The notes under the pieces: generated by a model
What the model saw: only the letters and a program-made list of their open reading frames with translations
The model's database searches: none
Told to the model about the DNA's origin: nothing
DNA from: a virus
Virus record (IMG/VR): IMGVR_UViG_3300029358_000325
Span: 1-64,000 of that record
DNA length: 64,000 nucleotides
Strand: one strand, 5' to 3'
Program-made: the position numbers and the translations under genes
Shown here: in pieces, positions 49,294-61,000 of the stretch
Layout: every line of letters begins with the position of its first letter
Numbering within the stretch: position 1 is the first letter of the stretch

Positions 49294-49800
49294 TTACAGT
49301 ATTCCATGTCTCAGTCGAAATACTTTCATTTTCATTTCATTTTTATCAGACAGACGGTTAATCCAAGCATTCAGCACCTCTCTGTACACCGTCATATTTG
49401 GGCAGAAGTAGCTGTTTGTAAATACCGGCATATCATCATTACACAGAATTCTCATAACAGCAGCGCACACGGCTGCGGATCTTGATACACCAGCACCACA
49501 ATTCACGCAGAACCAATCCGTATTATCTTCCTCATGGTTATCCAGAATAAAATTCACGATATCCTTAGCCTGAACATCAGTGATACAGGTGCCTTCTAAA
49601 TCAGTAGTGCAATCATCAAACTTCAGCGGTAGAAAAGTAATATTGCCCTCACACTTATGAAAATCAATATGATGACCATTAGCTTCAGTGATTGAGATAA
49701 ACCGAATCCGTTCAAAATGTGGCTGTCGGACAAAGTCTTCTGCATCTTCTGCACTCATCACCGAGAATTTCCATTTTCTTCGATACATAGTAACAATCAT
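49294..49800 (-). CDS. Protein tyrosine / dual-specificity phosphatase.
   Basis: CX5R(S) P-loop in FCVNCGAGVSRSAAVCAAVM. Confidence 0.5.
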   Translation of the reverse strand: MIVTMYRRKWKFSVMSAEDAEDFVRQPHFERIRFISITEANGHHIDFHKCEGNITFLPLKFDDCTTDLEGTCITDVQAKDIVNFILDNHEEDNTDWFCVNCGAGVSRSAAVCAAVMRILCNDDMPVFTNSYFCPNMTVYREVLNAWINRLSDKNEMKMKVFRLRHGIL

Positions 49801-50643
49801 TTGGTTTTCCCTCCAAAGAATTTAGGTTTTATCAAAATCCTCTTTGAGACATTCTTCTCTTGCGTTATTAAGTATTTCTTCTACAATTTTTATTGCAATA
49901 TAAATACCGTGCATCTTACCATGATAATAAATCCTATTTCCATTCTTTTTACCATTAAGCGCAGCATCAAAGTGTTCCCGTGATGCTTTATCAAACTCTT
50001 CTCCGAGACGATTATAAATTTCTGTTAGCTGACCCATATTCACACCTCTCAATCAAAATGCAAACGGACTATTATTCACTGTTATTATCAGCGCTACATT
50101 AAAAGCAAACATTACAAATGCGGTCATTCTCTATCACCTCAATCTCTAAATTCAATATCTACAACAATATTCTCAGGCTCTGTCATATACCTTCGTGCCA
50201 GCAGTTCTACCATTCGTTCCTTGTCCCCAAGATTACTATTACGCAAAAGATATGAGCAAACTTGCCTGCCTCTATACAAGAACACAGCCCATGCACTTCT
50301 CTTTAATGGATTTGTGGCCTTAATCATTCCATCGCTTCCTCCAGAGATGTGGTCACATCACCAAAGTCAAAATCCAGAGCACCAATCATATCATCCAGAG
50401 CATCCACAGCATCAGACAGATTCGTGCAAGCATTATCTGCCTTATCGTATCGTTCACTTCCCTGCAGGTTTTCCGGCATATTGTCACGATACTCTTCTTC
50501 TTCCCACTGGATATCCTCAACATCGGATTTTACACTTTCGACCTCAGATACAAGTTCTTCCAGCTTCTTACGGATGGAACGGAAACGATCAATAGTCTGC
50601 TTAATAGCTTTTCTACGAGTGTTGTTCATTTTCAAATCTCCTC

Positions 50644-51045
50644 TCAATCCACGATGCCAAGCTTGCAAATATTTTTCGGATCAGTGATGTAACCAAATGT
50701 CAATGTATTTCGCAGATACCCTTTATACTCAAATCCACGGTCACGAGCTGCCAACCGGCATACATCTCGAATCGCAGATTCTCTCGGCCAAGAAATACCA
50801 GCCAGCTGATACTTCCACTGAAGGTCTCTCAGCTTCTGCCACTCAATCACAGGCTTCTTTTCATCCTCGAAACATAAACCGTTCTGCACGGCATACTTCA
50901 GAGCATCACACCGCTTACTCTCTTCCGATGTACAAGTCCCCCATTCGTTTTCCAGACGGCGATACGCCTTATCAAACGGTGCTTGCTTTGCTCCATCAAT
51001 CGCAAATGCTGCGCCAAGTAAACCCAAACCAAGTAACAGTCCCAT
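50644..51045 (-). CDS. Hypothetical exported or membrane-anchored protein.
   Basis: N-terminal MGLLLGLGLLGAAFAI is a signal or anchor. Cys-containing mature part. Confidence 0.25.
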   Translation of the reverse strand: MGLLLGLGLLGAAFAIDGAKQAPFDKAYRRLENEWGTCTSEESKRCDALKYAVQNGLCFEDEKKPVIEWQKLRDLQWKYQLAGISWPRESAIRDVCRLAARDRGFEYKGYLRNTLTFGYITDPKNICKLGIVD

Positions 51046-51060
51046 AATTCAAGCCTCCAT

Positions 51061-51741
51061 TTATGCTGTTTCCAGCTCTCTTTTTACTAGTGGACGACGT
51101 TTCGTTGCGTTTTTCAGGATATCGTTGCCACTGAATTCTTTTCTGTCAACTCTAAGATTACGACCACTCCCTATCGGACAAGCCCGGCGATAGTCATCAG
51201 CAGTCTTGCAACCAAGAGATTCTGCTTCATCCAGAGCTTTTCGCACATAAGCCCATGTGCTACCGCCGAGATCAGAACACTTACCAATCACAGCAAGTAC
51301 AAGTTCATCACCCATGCGCTCAACATATTCTGCTAAAGCCTTTCGACCAGTAGCACCAAGCTTCCCGATATTCTCTCGAAAAACATCCTCGATAGGTTTC
51401 GTCGTTGTCGTCTCATCACAAGACGAAGACGATATCTTATCTTTTTCTTTCTCTTTTTCTAGCTTGGTTTTGCTTGCGTTTGCTTCATTTTGCTTACGCT
51501 TGCTTGATGAGCCACCAGCTTTGCCAGAAATTCTCTTGCCTTCGATGTATTCGGCATCTTTATCTAAATCTCTCTTCACGGCGGGCCACACATACCGCTC
51601 ATTTCCGTTGAGTTCAGGCTCTGTTCCAGACGATTTGTATTTCATCATCGCCAGTACCAGACGCCCCACCTCAGCAGCACTAAGGGGTTCAAAGTAGCTC
51701 TCGTAGGTATCCCAGATCTTAATATAAGTATCAGCCATCAT
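51061..51741 (-). CDS. DnaD-domain replisome organiser / replication initiation protein.
   Basis: The C-terminal LVLAVIGKCSDLGGSTWAYVRKALDEAESLGCKTADDY fits the DnaD-like domain. The N-terminal region resembles phage replisome-organiser proteins. Low-complexity Lys/Glu linker. Confidence 0.45.
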   Translation of the reverse strand: MMADTYIKIWDTYESYFEPLSAAEVGRLVLAMMKYKSSGTEPELNGNERYVWPAVKRDLDKDAEYIEGKRISGKAGGSSSKRKQNEANASKTKLEKEKEKDKISSSSCDETTTTKPIEDVFRENIGKLGATGRKALAEYVERMGDELVLAVIGKCSDLGGSTWAYVRKALDEAESLGCKTADDYRRACPIGSGRNLRVDRKEFSGNDILKNATKRRPLVKRELETA

Positions 51742-51746
51742 ACACC

Positions 51747-52586
51747 TCAGTCTTCCAAGCTGTGTGTATTCACACCATAAAAAGTCTTCTTATAATATTC
51801 TTTTGCCTTATCCTCATCAAAACCAACGTACCGTAATGTAATATCCTGACTACTATGATTCAACTGACTCTGAATCCAAGACAATGCCTGGTTATCATCC
51901 TTATTAAGACACATCTCACGATAACCAAATGTCTTACGGCAAGAATGAGACGCAATCTTATAATTAAGATTCAAATCTCTACCAGCATTACGAAGGATAC
52001 GAGCAAAAGAATCAACATCAATAGGATCACCGGCTTTTTTGGGTTCTGCAATATGAGGAATACCAGTTTTCCCATCTCCACCATTTGTCCTCAACGACTT
52101 TTTCCAACTCCCCTGCCGAGACGGAAACATCCAATCGTCATATCCAAGATTTGCAATCTTAATGTACGTTTCAACGATGTCTCTCGCTTCTGGAGTAAGA
52201 ATGATTTCACGATATTTGGAAGTCTTTTCTTCGACGATGCAAGTTCCTGCGTCCTCAACCACCTCAATTTTTCCATTATAAAGACAGTAAGACATATCAG
52301 AAACTTTCAATTTAAGCAAGTCACTAGCACGCAACCCAGTTGCAATGCCGACATTAAATAGACACCAATTGCGATATTGCTTTTTATCCCAGAAGTATTC
52401 CGAAATCATTTGAACATCATCCAAGCTTCTAATTGGAGAAATATTACGCTTACGCTTCTGCTTACTTTTTGTAACACCACGCTTTTTCGCCGGAACGGAA
52501 GGTTTAGGATTAAAATAGACCAATTTAGATATCTGTTCTTCTTTTCTTTCAACAACTGCACTCATCACATTCACCTCAAATCCCAT
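51747..52586 (-). CDS. Tyrosine recombinase (XerD / phage-integrase family).
   Basis: C-terminal catalytic signature HSCRKTFGYREM...LNHSSQDITLRYV (H-x-x-R ... H ... Y). Confidence 0.7.
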   Translation of the reverse strand: MGFEVNVMSAVVERKEEQISKLVYFNPKPSVPAKKRGVTKSKQKRKRNISPIRSLDDVQMISEYFWDKKQYRNWCLFNVGIATGLRASDLLKLKVSDMSYCLYNGKIEVVEDAGTCIVEEKTSKYREIILTPEARDIVETYIKIANLGYDDWMFPSRQGSWKKSLRTNGGDGKTGIPHIAEPKKAGDPIDVDSFARILRNAGRDLNLNYKIASHSCRKTFGYREMCLNKDDNQALSWIQSQLNHSSQDITLRYVGFDEDKAKEYYKKTFYGVNTHSLED

Positions 52587-53078
52587 ACTTTAAACAGTAT
52601 TTTCCGTAAGACAATCCCTCGGCATCCGCAAGTTTAATAACATCGCTGAATGTCAAGATTGGCTTTTTGCTTCGTTCCTGTTCTCGTCTCTTTCTTTCAT
52701 AAGCCTGTCGCGCTTCGATTCTTACTATCCTGCGGCAATGATCACAATACTCATGATTTATAGCAGCCGGCGCACCACAAACCTTACAGTGTCCGTTTCC
52801 TCTGATAGTAGGCATACCTTACACCTCGAACTTATCAATCTTCCAGTGATGACGATAATAACTTTCACCACTACAAACAACAGATGCTTCCGCAGCTTCG
52901 CACTATGTCTCATCATCGCTCACAGGCCGTAAGTCATTCTTGCTTTCATTAAACAGAAATACCATTTTATCAATTGCTTTGACTCTATCCTTTGTGACCA
53001 TAATCACATTATCTTCTGCGTAAAAGTCACTGGAATCAATACATTCGTGCAAAATATAGACCTTCATTTTTATGTACC

Positions 53079-53699
53079 TCAATTCTTTTCAAATAAATCA
53101 TTACGAACCTTCGGAGTAAACTGACGAGTGCCAAGCTGCTCAATTGCAGTCTCTAGCTTGCCATCTCCCCATTCTCTGGTTTCTGTGTTCATAACGATCT
53201 CAAGCAAAAGCTTTGCGTCCTTAGCTTCTCTTCGCTTACGACGAGCCTTTTTAAGCTCTGCCATAAGCTGATAACCTTGTGCTGCATTAACAGTCTTGAA
53301 CTCAATAGCGTGCTCAAGGTCATCAATCTCATCACTTGCGGCAGTCAAATCGCCGTACACTTTTGAATACAGCTCTTTCAAATTACACATGGTTTTATCT
53401 GTAATAACCAAATTCTTTTTAAGTTCTGCCAGCCATTCAGAATCTTCCATGTGAAATGCGTATGTATTCGGCTTTACAGCCGGAGCCGTTATATTCGGAC
53501 TCTTGCCTGCGATGGTAGCTTCATCCATAGATTTCGGTGCATAGTGTCCGTTCTTGTACCCGGCGGGAAGCTTGTTGATTTCACAAATCGCCAGTCCCTT
53601 GGATTCAAACTGTAATGCCAGATTGATATCACAGGTGGCGCAGATTCGACCTCCCTTCCGTTTCATAATATAGTTATGACCATTCGAGATTACGTACAT
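53079..53699 (-). CDS. Hypothetical protein.
   Basis: 206 aa. ORF track only. Confidence 0.25.
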   Translation of the reverse strand: MYVISNGHNYIMKRKGGRICATCDINLALQFESKGLAICEINKLPAGYKNGHYAPKSMDEATIAGKSPNITAPAVKPNTYAFHMEDSEWLAELKKNLVITDKTMCNLKELYSKVYGDLTAASDEIDDLEHAIEFKTVNAAQGYQLMAELKKARRKRREAKDAKLLLEIVMNTETREWGDGKLETAIEQLGTRQFTPKVRNDLFEKN

Positions 53700-55015
53700 T
53701 ATTTGCTCTCCTGCTCCTTCATCAACTGCTTTACAGTTTTCTTAAACAACGCGAGGTTCTTTTCGTTTTCAATAAACACCTTAGTCTTCGGATTCGGTGC
53801 TTTACCGTGTGCCTTTTCGTAAGCCACAAACAAATTATTCATTTTCTTATAGCCAATACGCTCGTAAATCAGAGTATAAGTGTGCTTATACTGTGGCTTA
53901 TCGCCAAGTTTTTCTGCCAGAGGAAGCATAATGGGGAAAAGAATTTTTGCCGTTTCGCTCTGCTTCTTGGGCTTTTCCTCCACAACCGGTTCAGGTTCAA
54001 CTTCCTTGGCTTCTACCTCGATCACAGGAGCATCACAGACAACCACTTCAGGAGCTGCTTCAATAGTTTTCGCTTCAGGCAGAGCTTTCTGCTCAGCGGC
54101 CTCTTCCTTCTTCTTATTGATTGCTTCAGTATACGAATCTTCAACCAAGGCACCAAAGATGGACTTATACATCGTACTTGCTTCAACCACATCAATCGTA
54201 GGAATGTGACCAGTGCGACCGGTTCTTGCACAATACTTTCTGCGCTCTTCCTCAATAACGAAGGTATAGACACGATTCATATATTCGTAAATATCACGGA
54301 ACACATCCTGAACCTTCATTTCATTGATTGCGGCAATCACATTGATACGTTCATACATCTTCTTACGCCAGTCGCTCATCACATCCTTACGAGGAGTAAA
54401 GTTTCTGGTGGAACGAATTGCTTCATCCATCTGCTTGTCCTTAATCTGATGGACACACTGAGATACGCTACTAATCGTATTCAATGCCTCGTTACTGGTG
54501 GCGCGAGCTTCCTCAATCTGTTCACTGAGATCCTTGCGAACAGACTTGAGTTCACTCTGAAGATTCTTCATGCTATCAAACAGGGCGTGAAGTCTTACAT
54601 CAATGAATTCTTTGCTCAGTGCAGCATCCATCTTAGGAGTAGCCAGAACGGAATCACCACGCATCAGAGATTCCATAATGTCCCAGCAGAAATCCATAAA
54701 CGCATCAGCCTTCGGCTGACGAGACAGACGGCAAATTTCCATCACACCACGCAAACTGTAACAAATAATTTCACGTTCCTTCGTGATTCCACCCTCAACT
54801 GTCGTCAAATTGACGACAGTTGATAAGGAGTCCAAACGATCTGCATTACGCTCATGAATCTTTGCAATGTATTTCCGAGGTTCTTTACATTCCAGTGCTC
54901 GCCCAATTTGTTCACGGGTCATGTAATACTGGTGCTTGTCATTCTGGTACACATCCACATTCAGTGCGCCGAAGGGCTTAGAGGTTATTACGGTCATAGG
55001 ATTGTTGGTAGTCAT
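53699..55015 (-). CDS. Putative phage antirepressor / regulatory protein (Bro-N/ORF6N-like N-terminal domain).
   Basis: N-terminal FGALNVDVYQNDKHQYYMTREQIGRALECKEPRKYIAKIHERN resembles an antirepressor N-domain. Long helical C-terminal part. Confidence 0.3.
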   Translation of the reverse strand: MTTNNPMTVITSKPFGALNVDVYQNDKHQYYMTREQIGRALECKEPRKYIAKIHERNADRLDSLSTVVNLTTVEGGITKEREIICYSLRGVMEICRLSRQPKADAFMDFCWDIMESLMRGDSVLATPKMDAALSKEFIDVRLHALFDSMKNLQSELKSVRKDLSEQIEEARATSNEALNTISSVSQCVHQIKDKQMDEAIRSTRNFTPRKDVMSDWRKKMYERINVIAAINEMKVQDVFRDIYEYMNRVYTFVIEEERRKYCARTGRTGHIPTIDVVEASTMYKSIFGALVEDSYTEAINKKKEEAAEQKALPEAKTIEAAPEVVVCDAPVIEVEAKEVEPEPVVEEKPKKQSETAKILFPIMLPLAEKLGDKPQYKHTYTLIYERIGYKKMNNLFVAYEKAHGKAPNPKTKVFIENEKNLALFKKTVKQLMKEQESK

Positions 55016-55037
55016 TTTGTTTACTCCTTTGTATTTG

Positions 55038-58000
55038 TTAAGAAAAATCTGCGGTCAAATCTTCAAACGACCAGCTCTTATGATTCGTGTACTCATCACT
55101 GAATACATCCATCCAAAGATAACTTTCAATATCACCACAACTTTCGTAATTGATACTGGACAGGTTAATTGTTTCGCCATCATTTCTTTTAAGGTAAATC
55201 ACAATCTCAGGATATGGCTCTGTAATGCCTTCTGCGATAATCTTTCCGATATGTGTATCAATTGCAAATTGCTTTTCATTCATTTTATTTTCTCTCCTAG
55301 AAGAACTGTTTTATCAAACTTCAACAATAGTCCACCATTCACTCTCTTTAGGTGCAGAAATATATACGCTATCATCCATCTCTGTAATTTCAGGTTTATA
55401 TCCAGTTCCTGCATACATTTTCTGATAGTAGTTTTGAAATTCTGCTTCAGCTTGATTTATAGCTTCGTTTTTTGCTTCTTCGTAAGTATCAAACATTCGC
55501 TTTCCAATGATATTAGGAATAGCAAGATTCTGCATATAAACATCTAAAAGCATATACATATTTTCCACCTCAAAACTGATACTTCCAGAACAACTTTGCA
55601 TTGCCGGTAATTGTCTGCAAATAGCTAATGTACTCATTAAAGGAGCATACACCCTTCATTTTCATCTTACGTGCTCCCACAGCTCGTGCAGCCACCTTCG
55701 GATCATAATCAACAGCGTCAATAAATGCACTGTCAATCATCTTCTGCTCAAACATTTTGATTTCGTTAGTATCCATTTTCAATTCTCCTTACTCAAAATC
55801 CCACCATGCGTTAATAGACGTATTCGGAACATAAACCTCAAGCATATGATGGCCGTCACGAATCCATTCAGGTTCATAGCCTTCATCTCGCAGTTCTTTC
55901 ATCAGACTTTCAAAATCATTGTTAACAGACTCTACCGCTTCTTCCATTGTTTTGTGCTCTACACGGTAAGGACCATTACACATCGTATCGTCATAAACAA
56001 CCGTAATCATTTTTAAAACCTCGATTCTATTTAGATTTTTACACTTCCTGCCTTTTCATCCAGAATAGATTGAAACATATAAAGCAATCCTTCAGCCGTA
56101 CATTTCTGTGCTATCATATTCGCAGATTTTTCACTGTGGTTGCAATAATATTCGCTATAAAAATGCAATGCGTTAATAACCGTCTGTTTCTCAAATTTTG
56201 TCATATTCATTCTCCTTTATATTATTCTATTAAAGATTATCAATAAGAGAATCGATTGAGTATTCGATTGCATCTTCAGAATTAACCCTTTGAGTATTAA
56301 GAACGTAAATTAGCTCTCCATCGTCTGCCCATCTTATTTCAAGCATAACAACGTAACCAAGCTCATCTTCATCATATGAAATATCAAGTTCATATTCATA
56401 AAAACCATCAATGGTGTATGTTTTAATTCTAGTGTCAAAGTTATCAGGTTTTTGACCTACGCCAGCCCACCTAGACGGATTCATCTTAGAAATAAAATCT
56501 TTTGCAATCTCTCGTGCCGTCATATTCATTCTCCTTTATATTGTTATCTTATCTTCATTAAGTGTTTCGGTTTCATACGTTGTATAGACAAGCTCTGTCG
56601 GCTTACTGTAACACGTTTTCATCCAGTCAAGCTCTGCATCACGCAACTCTTTTGTGGGATAGATTTCATGCCCTCTATATGTATCGCCGTACATAAAGTG
56701 TCTGACAGAGTATTCAAGATGGTAATACATTATCGTTTTTCCAACTCCTCACACACTTTTGCAATGATAGCCAAACCTGTACGCCGAAAATCTGCATTGT
56801 AAGGATTTTGTGCTTGAACATCTAAATGGTACAGCAATTTTTCCAAATCAGAGCTATATTCAACGCCTGCTGTTTTACAAAGGACCTCGGCCATCGCTTG
56901 AGTGTCATATTTCATAATAAAACTCTCCTTTTACACCTCACTAAAATCCGCATTAAAAAGAATCTCGTTACCATATTCAGTAAGCGTATCCTTAAACCAC
57001 TTCTCGTTCTTTAACCACCACTGTTCAGCCTGCTGCGGGCTCAGTACAATACCTTTTCTTTTCGCTGCATCGATAACGTCATCGACACACCAACGAGTTT
57101 CAGCAAAATAATACTGAACATCGTAATCATCTTTTTCGTCAAATGCTTCCATTTCTGTAAATTCGGTGGAGGGATGCTGCCAATCACAATTGTAAAACAC
57201 GCGTTTTGCCTTCTTTTCATCACCTTCACAGATATCAATAATATCCTGTGCAGTGTAAAAGTTCGTATATGCGTCTGCAAGTTCTTGCAAAGTCATTTTA
57301 CGGTCATAGATAACACCATTCATATCGAGATCAGGAATATAAATAACGCTGTTATAGCAGTCCTCTTCAGGAAAGTAGTCCGCTTTAAATATCGTACACT
57401 CTTGCCCATCACTCATATCAAGCAATTCATCAAGAATAGCACCGTTCTTCAGGAGATTATAAAGTTCGTCTTTTGTGTATAAAGCCTTTTTCATGATATT
57501 TTTCCTTTCAAAAATCTTCCAAACCTGAGCAAAAGCACGGACTAAAACGAACGTCAAACAATTGCGTAGTAAAATCATCACTACCAAGTTCACGTTCTAC
57601 ATCTATAACTTCTTCTCTAAGGTATAGCCACGACATAATCCCGTCATCGTGTTCTTGAATCCACTTCTTTTCGATACCAAATTTCTTTGCAAGTTCGTCC
57701 ACTTCAAATACCCAAGCCCCAGAATCCGTATTCTTAGTGCCATACTCTACCATATAATCAGCAATCTGACGTTCCATCATGTTATCATCCATGATATTTT
57801 CCTCCTAAAATTCAACATTTATCAAAGTTATAAGTGACGGTCACAACCTTCTCTGCATCACCGATACGGCACCGATCTTCCTTTAATGCCTTTTCAAGAC
57901 TACAACCAACACTGTATACAATACCGTTTTCAAACACATCGGAACCGATAAATCCGAATGCTTTATCAATCTCCTTCCATTCTCCGTGTTCTTCTCGATA

Positions 58001-61000
58001 AAGCATATAGCCGTAGTTCTCACCGGAAAGATAATCGCTATAAGTTTTCACCTCATCACGCATGATTCGTTCTGCTTCATTTTTGGTATTATCCGAACCA
58101 TCCGTAATAGCGGTTACAATCCAACCAACATTGCTATCGTCCCACGAACCTCTGAATCGTGTATCACAATCCATAGACAAGCCAGAATGGTCATGCAGCC
58201 AAAGAGGAAGCCATGCAATATGCTTGTCCAGAAGAATCTGACAATCACGAATAGAGAATTCACCTGCAACGTATGTAGCAATTTCGTTATACTTCAAACC
58301 AACATACATCGGGTTTTCAGAAACCTTTTTATCAAAAAGAGTTCCAATACCGCAGATGGCATATCGTTTTTCGTCGCTATAATTTTCATCAACAACGACA
58401 CAGGTATCTTCCAACTTCATATTAAAAAGTGCATCAAGAATTTCTTCATCAGAGCAATACTCGTAAACCAGATTGTTCCAAAACTCTTCTGCCGTACTCG
58501 CATCAATCTTATCACCAAGACGATAACGAGAATGAAAACAAGCCATTACAGAATCATGGTCATCCCACCAACGAGGATTATTATCTGCAACGTCATCGTG
58601 CTGAATATGTAAGCAGTACAGATTGTCGCCGTAAGTCCACTTTATGATTTCATTATCGTAACAACACAGGTTTTTCATATCTAAAATCTCCCTTTTATCA
58701 AGCGTAATATTTTTTAGTAAACCAGTTGATTTCGCTCTCTGTCATATCAGGCATTGTCACAGGCTTATGCAAATCGTTTTCAGTGCCATCACAGCCATAC
58801 GGACAATCCTTCTTGCACCAACCATTCTCATCAACACAAACGCTGCAAGGTGCTAACGGTGCGCCACAAACAGGACAATGTGTTATTCCATGAGAATGAA
58901 TCACAACCTCACCATCATGAACCGGACAGTACTCCATTGTGTAATCGGTCATCTTCATTTTATTCACATCTTATGCGCTAGCCTTTTCTTCAAATGTGTA
59001 CCAATCAGACCAAATCTTATCGACTTCGCCATTCTTAAAACCGTTCTTATAATCGGTAAACTCAACATAATAATTGCTTGTCCACTCATTCAGAGTGTGC
59101 TCATAGATAGCTGCAACACCACGCTTTGTTTCAACAACGAAACTATCGACCAAAACACCTTCAACGTAAGCACCAGTATATTGTGCTTTGTTCTGGTGCA
59201 TCCAACGGCTAAGAGCACCTGCATTAAGATAAAACCGAGTCATAATTTATTCTACCTCCATAAGTCTATTAGCTAATTCTCCCAACATTTCTTTAATAGC
59301 ATCAGCGTCGTCAATAAGTTCTCTGATACTAGAAGGACAACCTCCTTTACCACGATGCCCCACCCACATCTCTGCGTGATCATCAGCATCAAAATCACGA
59401 GCATATTCATAAACTGATTCAGGGAAGTTTTCAACCTCCACACAAACGATTAAGTCCTCTCCTGCTGGAGAATAATTTTCAATTTCAACTCTGCCATCAT
59501 TTGTGTAATCGCATACGCGCCAATCCAGCGATTCCAAAACATCAATATATTTAGGATGAATTTTCATAACTCATTCTCCTTCACTCTGCAATTATCATAG
59601 CGAGAACCGGTTCACCGGAATCCTTCAACTGAAGCTCCAGAATATCGCCATCATCTACGATCGCACACCTACTTAAGTAATCCTGCGGAAAGAACATCTG
59701 ACATTCCTGCCAGAAGATTTCTTTCGGGTCCTCGTTTTCATCAACGAACACGTTCTTGTGATGGAATGATTCGTTCCAAACCCATCCACAACCATCGTGC
59801 AGTGCATGAACTTTTCTTAAATCCCACATTTTATCACCTCAAAATCTCCTTGAGCATCTTTACCATACCTTCATAATCTTTATCATCTGCGCCTAGCATA
59901 CGAACCGTCATATCAAAATCAACTGTCCGACAATCACTGAAATCGTATTGTTCAATATCGTTGCTACAAGTGTCAGGGTAATGTTCTTCGAGCCTGTCTT
60001 TCGTATCACAGTCACAGAAGGTTCCAGAACAATAATCACTGGCCGACTCACCTGTTTTCATGTACACACGGATACCATCTGTGACAATCACTTTAGCGAA
60101 CCGCTTCATATCTTCTGGCGTAAAGGTCTTATCCATAACATCATACGAATAGACCATGTAACAAGTTTTATCAGGCTCATAAATATCCTGTTCCTTATCT
60201 GCACCAAACGCTCTAGCGTATCCACCAGCCCATCCACCACAAAACACAAGAATTTCTTTTCCCGCTTCGATAGCTGCCATATATTCCTCTTCAGGAATCG
60301 CTACAATTCTTCCGTTAGGAAAAATAAAACCTTCAAATTCTTTCATTTTTATTAAACCTCCATATCCATTATTCTTAATGAATCGCTTACTCTTTCATCA
60401 AGTGTATCAAGCCACTTTTGATACGAACTCTCCATCAACCGATCAAATTCCGATTCTTCTTTTAATTCATCTTCAAGTATGGTATAGCCCTCTAATACTT
60501 CATCGTATCTTTCTCTCATATCAAACACTCCCTACATTCTTGAATCCATAAAGGCTATAACCTTTATATTTGAAATACCGCATCGCTTTGTTGATCTGAG
60601 TAGAGCTTGCTGTCGAATGACTTTTCAGGTATGTATTCTTATATTCGCACAGCTTTTTATACTCATCACTTTCACGATGGGCTTTTAACTTTTCGCAATG
60701 GTCGTGGCAACCAGGATAACGCTCCGGTGCTACACAATAACGGCAAGGATCAGTCATCGTTGCTCTCCTTTCTACCTGCGGCGTCAAACATCTCTATGAT
60801 ACGTGCTATCCAATCATCATTTTCTGATACATTGCAATCAAATTTATCCTCGAATCGTTCTGCTAATTCGTCAGCAAAATCCATAATCTCATCGTGAGAA
60901 TAACCGTATTCTTCCTCAATCCAATCAGCATTGCCATCAAGCTGATTCTCTGCATCTTCAATACGATACTGATGCTCTTTGTAACGGTACGCTGCTTCAA

